Origin: Candidatus Methylomirabilia bacterium
GTDB taxonomy: Bacteria; Methylomirabilota; Methylomirabilia; Rokubacteriales; CSP1-6
Assembly: GCA_046758965.1 (NCBI GenBank)
Contig: JBHIBG010000069.1
Span: 1 to 13,906, forward strand
Length of the DNA stretch: 13,906 bases
Reading direction: 5' to 3'
In this document: positions 8,421-13,906 of the stretch, in pieces
Position numbering within the stretch: the first letter of the stretch is position 1
How the letters are laid out: the number at the start of each line of letters is the position of its first letter
Notes under the pieces: model-generated
Told to the model about the DNA's origin: nothing
Seen by the model: only the letters and a program-made list of their open reading frames with translations
The model's database searches: none
Position numbers and translations under genes: made by a program

Positions 8421-9863
8421 CTAGACCTCCCCGTCCAGCAGCTCCTCGGCAACAAACTCCTGAACCTGGAGAACGGCGTCCTGGCTGAGATCCATCACGT
8501 CGGGCTCGGGCAGCCGCCTGCCTCGGCGGACCAGCATGGCCACCACCGGCCGGAGCGGGAGGTCTTGATTCTTTGCGACGACCCGGCCGACCTCCCCGCT
8601 GTTGAGGCGAACCAGGGAGCCCAGCGGGACGGTGGCCACGACGCGGATCAGGGCTTTGAGGATCCTGTCGGGGAAGCTCGCCCGTTCCCGTGGGAGAATG
8701 GCCGCGAGGGCCTGGGGTGGCCAGAAACGTTCGCGGAACGGCCGATGACGCACCAGGCTCTCGTAGAGGTCAGCCACTCCCACGACTTGGGCGTGCGGAT
8801 GAATCTCCTCGCCTCTGAGGCCTCTCGGGTAGCCCGACCCATCCATCCGCTCACGGACCTGAAGTACCACGTCAGCCACCTGCGCGTACCGGGCCCCCAA
8901 CCCCCGAACGATCTCAGCCCCTTCCTCAGGGCATCGGTTCAGGGCGACCCGGCCGGCCCGGCTCAACGGGCCCGTCCTCTCGTCGAGCTCCTTCGGGAGT
9001 CGGGCCATCCCGACGCCGTGCAGGAAGGCTGCCAGCCCGAGTTCGTGCAATTCATCCGGAGGGTAGTCCAGCTCGATGCCGATCTTCTCGGACAGGATGC
9101 AGACATTCACCACCTCCTGGGCGGGGCTCATGGAGCCGCCGTCTGTCCCGATGAAGGGGGCGAGCAGAGCGTCGCTGATCTCTAGATTCTGGAGCAGGAT
9201 CGCTACCGCCCCAGCGACCTTGTCAATGGAGAAGGGAGCATAGGCGCGAACCGATTCGAAGATCTCTTCCACGATCGCGAGCGCCCGGTGAAACGCCTCT
9301 CTGGCCGCATCGAGGTCCGCCTCAACAGCGCCGCCCAGCCAACGGGTGGGGTCCGCACCGGGTGGGCCAGGCTGCTCGAGGCTCCACGGGAGCTGGCTCA
9401 GCTTCGGCGCCTCCCCGTTAACCTCCTCCGAGGGTTTCGGCAGCTCAGCTATACCCCGAGCCATGAGCGTAAGCAACACCGAGTCCAGGTACCTGTAGTC
9501 TACCGGCTTGAACACGTAGTCCGAAGCGCCCATCGTGAGCGTCTGCCGTGCCTGCTCCTCGTCCTCGTTGGCGGAGACCATCACGACGTGAGTCTTCTGG
9601 GGCAGGGCCTTGATCCTCCGGAGGGTCTCCACACCGTTCAGACCCGGCATCCAGACGTCTAGCAGGACCACCGGCGGACGAAACTCCTGAACATGGAACA
9701 GCGCCTCATGGCCGTTAGCGGCCTCGAGCGTGTCGAACCCTCGCCTCTGCAGGTACTCGACGAGCATCTCCCTGAACTCTAGCTCGTCGTCAACCACCAG
9801 CACCCGCTTCTCGATCGGGGCCGCCTGGAAGAGACCTGGTGCGCTCGGCAATCGATCTTTCAC
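8421..9863 (-). CDS. Response regulator: REC domain fused to a degenerate HD-GYP domain
   Basis: RBS AGGAG before GTG 9863. REC has VVDDE, LLDVWMP, MVSA, FKP. The HD-GYP region keeps ERMDGSGYPRGL, VADLYESL and RPFR, but HD reads HG and HHE reads VRE. Typical C-terminal tail (PLGSLVRLNSGEVGRV...RPVV). Confidence 0.9.
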   Translation of the reverse strand: MKDRLPSAPGLFQAAPIEKRVLVVDDELEFREMLVEYLQRRGFDTLEAANGHEALFHVQEFRPPVVLLDVWMPGLNGVETLRRIKALPQKTHVVMVSANEDEEQARQTLTMGASDYVFKPVDYRYLDSVLLTLMARGIAELPKPSEEVNGEAPKLSQLPWSLEQPGPPGADPTRWLGGAVEADLDAAREAFHRALAIVEEIFESVRAYAPFSIDKVAGAVAILLQNLEISDALLAPFIGTDGGSMSPAQEVVNVCILSEKIGIELDYPPDELHELGLAAFLHGVGMARLPKELDERTGPLSRAGRVALNRCPEEGAEIVRGLGARYAQVADVVLQVRERMDGSGYPRGLRGEEIHPHAQVVGVADLYESLVRHRPFRERFWPPQALAAILPRERASFPDRILKALIRVVATVPLGSLVRLNSGEVGRVVAKNQDLPLRPVVAMLVRRGRRLPEPDVMDLSQDAVLQVQEFVAEELLDGEV

Positions 9864-10005
9864 CGAAATCTCCTGCTCGGGAGTTTATGCTTACCCGGAG
9901 TTGCGCAGGACTCCCTCATAGCCCGCCGAAGATCCTCATAGTAAAAAGGTTTGCCCGGCTTGGGAGCCCCGTTCTTCTAGGAATTCGCCGGTCTGTGGCC
10001 CTGGC

Positions 10006-10086
10006 TCATCCCCAGCGATAAAGATGACGCTGGCGGAGCTCCGGCCCGGCCTCTGCTACCTGGGATGGCGTGATGATGTCGTCCAC
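10006..10086 (-). CDS. Putative 26-aa leader sORF or HTH remnant
   Basis: AAGGAG (10101-10096), 9 nt, then GTG. Reads MDDIITPSQVAEAGPELRQRHLYRWG*. First RBS-led ORF after the sigma54 promoter. Confidence 0.3.
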   Translation of the reverse strand: MDDIITPSQVAEAGPELRQRHLYRWG

Positions 10087-10145
10087 TCGTAATCGCTCCT
10101 TGGAATCCCCTAGAATGCCCTTTCGTCCACAACGTTGTCCCGCCA

Positions 10146-10161
10146 AGCAGATATCATGCCA
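10146..10161 (-). promoter_or_regulatory. Sigma54 (-24/-12) promoter facing the REC-HD-GYP gene
   Basis: Minus strand TGGCAT-gatat-CTGCT with exact GG-N10-GC spacing, in a lower-GC intergenic region. Confidence 0.65.
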
Positions 10162-10255
10162 AGTTCCTCCATAACGGTGGTTGGAAAAAAGCGGTTGTTT
10201 TTCCGAAGGCTTTGGTGATGGAAGACGATCCCTTCGCGCCGGAGTCGCTGCCTGT

Positions 10256-10290
10256 TGCCAGTTTGTCGGCTGTTCTCTGCCAACCTGGCT
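10256..10290 (-). promoter_or_regulatory. Putative upstream activator sites
   Basis: TGCCAG-tttg-TCGGC (10256-10270) and a second TGCCA 22 bp away (10278). Resembles TGCCAG-agtt-CTGGC at the mlaC promoters, at a similar distance from -24. Confidence 0.4.
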
Positions 10291-10326
10291 CCGCTTCGGC
10301 AAGCAGTTAGATTTGGAGAAGGCCAT

Positions 10327-10839
10327 TCATGGAAACTTCTTCAAGGTGCTGTCGAGCCGTCGCAGCGCCCGAGCCGCGGCGCGGGCCTTCTTCGGTAGGC
10401 GGCGGGGGTTACCTTTCTTCGTCGCGGGCGGGATATCGTCGTCTTCGCCTTTTCCGGAGCTGGCGGAGGTACCTCGCCTCCGTAAGCGGGCGAGGAACTC
10501 GTCGGCAGTAATGGCGATGGACCTGGCGCGACCAGCAGCCTGGCGCACCTCGCGGTCGCTGGAGACCACCGCGATGCCGGGAGTTCCGAGCCGTCTCAGC
10601 ACCTGGTCCGCTGTCTCACGGGCGCTGGAGAAGATGACACGCACGCCGGCGCCGCTGGCCATGGTGCTACCGCCCTGAGCACCGTCGAAGACTACCGTGA
10701 ACTGGTCGCCTGAACCGCGAGCGGCCGTGGTCAGCAGATGGCAGAGCGCCTCGCGCGCAGCCTGCAGGCTCTCCCGCTCCCGCACAGCCAGTTCGGGAGC
10801 CCGGCGGATCACGTTGTAGCCGTCCACCAGCCAGCGCAT
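10327..10839 (-). CDS. NYN-domain protein, YacP/Rae1 (DUF901) family RNase
   Basis: WLVDGYNVI, VVFDG, FS..ETADQV, VVSSDREV, ITADEF give the acidic PIN/NYN catalytic set. Basic C-terminal tail. Confidence 0.88.
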   Translation of the reverse strand: MRWLVDGYNVIRRAPELAVRERESLQAAREALCHLLTTAARGSGDQFTVVFDGAQGGSTMASGAGVRVIFSSARETADQVLRRLGTPGIAVVSSDREVRQAAGRARSIAITADEFLARLRRRGTSASSGKGEDDDIPPATKKGNPRRLPKKARAAARALRRLDSTLKKFP

Positions 10840-10849
10840 GGCCGGGAAC

Positions 10850-10858
10850 AGTCTAGCA
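10850..10858 (-). promoter_or_regulatory. Possible extended -10 promoter for the NYN gene
   Basis: Minus strand TGcTAGACT, 10 nt before ATG 10839. No SD sequence. Confidence 0.4.
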
Positions 10859-10918
10859 GAGTGTGCCGTTCGCGCGCACAGGGCTCGGGCGACGAGCCGT
10901 CGACCCGGGTCGGAGGCC

Positions 10919-11854
10919 TCAGGGTCCGACGCGGCTCAGGTGATCGATCAGAACTCCTTCACGGAGCCCGAAGTCGCTCACCACTACAGACCGGCAGCCG
11001 AACCTGTCCATGGTGGCCAGGCAGATGGCGATCCCAGGAATAATCAGATCCGCGCGCCCGGGCTCGAGGCAGGGCAGTGAGGCCCGGGCTGCCACGGGCA
11101 GGGCGCTGAGCGTGCCGAGGAGGGCCTGGATTCGATCGTGATCGAGCCGATAGCCCTGAACTCGCTCGACCGCGTAACTCGAGAGCCCCTGGTCAAGCGC
11201 GGCGAGGGTCGTCACGGTGCCAGCGGTGCCCACCAGATGATGGGGCTGACCACCCTCAGAAAAATCCGAGAGCTCCTGTGCCACCGTGGCACGGACTTCT
11301 CGGTCCATCTCGGCGTAACGTTCCGGCTCCACCGGACCGGCGGTCAGGAAGCGTTCGGCAAGGGGCACCACGCCCAGCGCCAGGCTGCGAAGTGCGACAA
11401 GCCTCCGGTCTTCGGAGAAGATGACCTCGGTGCTCCCGCCCCCGATGTCAAAGAGGACCATGCGACCGGTCAGGTGCGGCAGGCCGTGGAGCGCCCCGTG
11501 AAGCGCCAACCGGGCTTCCTCTTCCCCCGAGACCACCCGCACCGCCTGGCCGGTGGCCTCCTGCACGTGATCGAGGAAGCGCTGCCGGTTGGACGCCCGC
11601 CGCACGGCGCTGGTTGCCACGATCACGACCTCCGTTGCCTTGAAGGCCCCGGCCTCTCGGCAAAACCCGGCCACGGTCGCGACCGTGCGATCCATGGCGG
11701 CCCTGCTCAAGGCGCCGCGGGCGTGGAGCCCTTCCCCGAGGCGGGTCAGGGCCTGACGTTGAGCGAGGGTCCGCCACGTCCCGTCGCCCGCCACCTCCAC
11801 AACGAGCAGACGGATCGTGTTGGTGCCGAGATCAATGGTGGCGAGACGCCTCAC
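10919..11854 (-). CDS. ppx: Ppx/GppA-family exopolyphosphatase (short form)
   Basis: IDLGTNTIRLLV, TRLGEG, VATSAVR, SGEEEARL, DIGGGSTE, GTAGTVTTL, GRADLI, GLREG. Confidence 0.93.
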   Translation of the reverse strand: MRRLATIDLGTNTIRLLVVEVAGDGTWRTLAQRQALTRLGEGLHARGALSRAAMDRTVATVAGFCREAGAFKATEVVIVATSAVRRASNRQRFLDHVQEATGQAVRVVSGEEEARLALHGALHGLPHLTGRMVLFDIGGGSTEVIFSEDRRLVALRSLALGVVPLAERFLTAGPVEPERYAEMDREVRATVAQELSDFSEGGQPHHLVGTAGTVTTLAALDQGLSSYAVERVQGYRLDHDRIQALLGTLSALPVAARASLPCLEPGRADLIIPGIAICLATMDRFGCRSVVVSDFGLREGVLIDHLSRVGP

Positions 11855-11863
11855 GGCGGACGA

Positions 11864-13681
11864 CTAGCCGGGGGCGCGGCGGAGCTCGAGGGCTTCAGCC
11901 AGGACGTGAAGGACCTTGTCCATCCGGAATGGCTTGGCGATCGTGAGGTCTACACCGCTCTCCTTGGTCCGAGCCGGGTCGACCAGCTCTCCCCAGCCCG
12001 TGATCAGGATCACCGGAGTGGTCGGGGCGACCTTCTTCACCTGACGGGAGACCTCGAGCCCGGAGCATCTGGGCACCGAGAGATCGGTGACCACGACGTC
12101 AAAGCCTCCCTGCTCGAAGCGCGCAAGCCCCTCGAGGCCGTCGCCGGCAGCCTCCACCGTATAGCCCGCTGCGGTGAGGACGTGGGTCAGCATGCGTCGA
12201 ATCGAATCCTCGTCCTCAATGACCAGCACCGACGCGGGAGCCGACCTGGTATCGCCCCGATGAGGCTCACGGAGCCCGGGAGTCGCACTGGCGGGGGCGG
12301 GCGGGGCGGGGGCCGGCGGGAAGGAGATTCGGAAGCAGGACCCCTCTCCCTCACGGCTCTCCACCTGGATGCTTGCGTTGTGTCGGGCCACGACGCCGTG
12401 CACCACGGATAGGCCGAGCCCGGTGCGCTGCGGTGACCGGGTCGTAAAGAAGGGCTCAAAGATGCGACGGCGGATCTCCTCTGACATCCCCACCCCGGTG
12501 TCCGTGACGGTGAGCTCGACCCGATCGGGGTGACGCGAGGTTCTGATCGTCAGTCGTCCGCCCCCTGCCATCGCGTCCACGGCGTTCAGGATCAGGTTCA
12601 CCAGCAGCTCCCGGAGATCCCGGGAGTTGCCGACGATCGGGGCCCGCTCATCCAGATCGAGAGACACTCCTACCTGGATCCCCCGAGCTTCGGCTTCATC
12701 CTTCCAGCGCGGCCGAGTCAGGGCGGCTGCCTCCTCGATCACGCTGTTGAGGTCCAGAGGAGAGAGTTCTCCCCGGGTACCGGTGGCCGCGAACCTCTGC
12801 AGCCGCCGCACGGTCTCCGCGGCACGCCAGGCTGCCTCCTCCACGACCCCGAGCTCCTCACGAAGCTGGGCGTCGGTGGCCCTCTGCAGAATCAGCTGGG
12901 TCTTCCCGAGGATGATAGCCAGGATGTTGTTGAACTCGTGGGCAATGCCGCCGGACATCTCCTCCAGCGCCCGCGCCTTCTCCGCCTTGACAAGCTTCTC
13001 TTCCGCCCCCTTCAGCTCCTCGAGAGCGCGGCGAGCCTCCAGCGTCGTCCCTACCCGATCAGCGATGAGAGCGAGAAGCTGGAGCTCCTCCATGGTGAAC
13101 GGGGTCGGCCGCCCCCTGTGGCCCGCGAACAGGACGCCGACCACCTCGCCCGCGGCGCGGATGGGGAGGGCGACGGCGTCGCGCACGGGAAAGCGGAGGA
13201 TGAACGGGTCGCCGGAAGGCTCCCCCACTGGCGTGGCGTAGGTCATCGGACGCCCCTCGCGGAACGAACGGCCCACGACCCCCTCCCCGGGGAGCAGCGA
13301 GAAATCGATCAGGTCGTCACGGCGGAAGCCCCGAACCACCCGCGGCTGAAGGCGCCTCTGGTCGGACTCAGCGAGGAACAGGACCGCGCGGTCCTCAACG
13401 TGGAGCATACGATCGATGGCGGCCCTGAAGACCTCATGGGGGTCCAAGCCGGTCAGAGGTACCGAAAGGATCTCCTGGAAATGACCCAGGGCATCTTGCT
13501 CAGGCGCGGCAAGAGGGTGACCGCCCTCCCCCCAGAGACCTTCCGAGGCGGTCTGAGAGGCGGGCCATCGTCGAGCGCCGAGCCCCCCGAGCTGATCCAG
13601 ACGGGCCCGGAAGGAATCCAACGCCCGGCTCATCTCGGAAAGGACCTCCGCCAGCGGCTGGCGGGGCGCCGGAGCGCCCAT
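11864..13681 (-). CDS. Cytoplasmic hybrid sensor histidine kinase (GAF-HisKA-HATPase-REC)
   Basis: GGAGGAG before ATG 13681 (preferred over TTG 13720). GAF (GEGVVG...ALPIR..GEVVGVL...FT.EELQLL), H-box IAHEFNN, N-box [11 protein letters not shown]1 DTGVGM, F-box FEPFFTT, G2 TGLGL, REC with EDE/VTDL/KP. No transmembrane segment evident. Confidence 0.93.
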   Translation of the reverse strand: MGAPAPRQPLAEVLSEMSRALDSFRARLDQLGGLGARRWPASQTASEGLWGEGGHPLAAPEQDALGHFQEILSVPLTGLDPHEVFRAAIDRMLHVEDRAVLFLAESDQRRLQPRVVRGFRRDDLIDFSLLPGEGVVGRSFREGRPMTYATPVGEPSGDPFILRFPVRDAVALPIRAAGEVVGVLFAGHRGRPTPFTMEELQLLALIADRVGTTLEARRALEELKGAEEKLVKAEKARALEEMSGGIAHEFNNILAIILGKTQLILQRATDAQLREELGVVEEAAWRAAETVRRLQRFAATGTRGELSPLDLNSVIEEAAALTRPRWKDEAEARGIQVGVSLDLDERAPIVGNSRDLRELLVNLILNAVDAMAGGGRLTIRTSRHPDRVELTVTDTGVGMSEEIRRRIFEPFFTTRSPQRTGLGLSVVHGVVARHNASIQVESREGEGSCFRISFPPAPAPPAPASATPGLREPHRGDTRSAPASVLVIEDEDSIRRMLTHVLTAAGYTVEAAGDGLEGLARFEQGGFDVVVTDLSVPRCSGLEVSRQVKKVAPTTPVILITGWGELVDPARTKESGVDLTIAKPFRMDKVLHVLAEALELRRAPG

Positions 13682-13769
13682 CCTATCTCCTCCCCCAAGG
13701 GTGATTCCGGGTTCCGTCAAAGAGCCCGTGGCTGAACGGTACCGTGCAGGAGCTTCCCGTTGCTCGGTT

Positions 13770-13904
13770 CTACTTTTTCAAGGTTCGGATGAAGTGAACC
13801 AGCGCCCAGCGATCCTGCTCGGGAAGGTGCCTCCAGGGAGGCATCGGCCCGCGGCCGTTGGTGATCTTCCAGAACAGCGCTCCGTCCGACTCGGCCTGTG
13901 TAGC
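13770..13904 (-). CDS. 3' end (partial) of a class I c-type cytochrome
   Basis: Hand translation: ATQAESDGALFWKITNGRGPMPPWRHLPEQDRWALVHFIRTLKK*. The SDG.LFW.I..G...MP.W...L....RW..V.(Y/F)IR.L pattern includes the axial Met. CxxCH is outside the window. Confidence 0.8.
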   Translation of the reverse strand, partial: ATQAESDGALFWKITNGRGPMPPWRHLPEQDRWALVHFIRTLKK

Positions 13905-13906
13905 CG

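Noticed and set aside
13682..13720. TTG start at 13720 for the kinase
   Set aside because: ATG 13681 has a strong GGAGGAG SD 5 nt upstream, while the TTG has none.

Overview
High-GC bacterial window with no rRNA, tRNA, CRISPR array or transposase that I can see. Gene style suggests Methylomirabilota/Rokubacteria or a deltaproteobacterium-like organism (inference only). Left part (+ strand): 3' end of a Fis-HTH (probably sigma54 enhancer-binding) regulator, then two paralogous MlaC/Ttg2D-like periplasmic lipid-binding genes 2052 bp apart. The paralogs share an identical 321-bp block (putative enhancer, sigma54 -24/-12 promoter, RBS, signal peptide) but have diverged mature domains. Between them lie a coiled-coil ORF, a run of long hairpins and a 33-aa hydrophobic sORF. 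The rest is on the - strand, in transcription order: cytochrome c (3' end), GAF-HisKA-HATPase-REC hybrid kinase, ppx/gppA, NYN/YacP RNase; then a sigma54 promoter, a 26-aa sORF and a REC + degenerate HD-GYP protein; then a sigma70 promoter ahead of HNH endonuclease, uvrB, a damaged clan-AA aspartyl protease and uvrC. Best candidate for an undescribed system: a small sigma54 regulon with a shared TGCC-N8-GGC upstream motif linking the two diversified MlaC-like proteins to a catalytically dead HD-GYP response regulator. The HNH-uvrB-protease-uvrC operon comes second.
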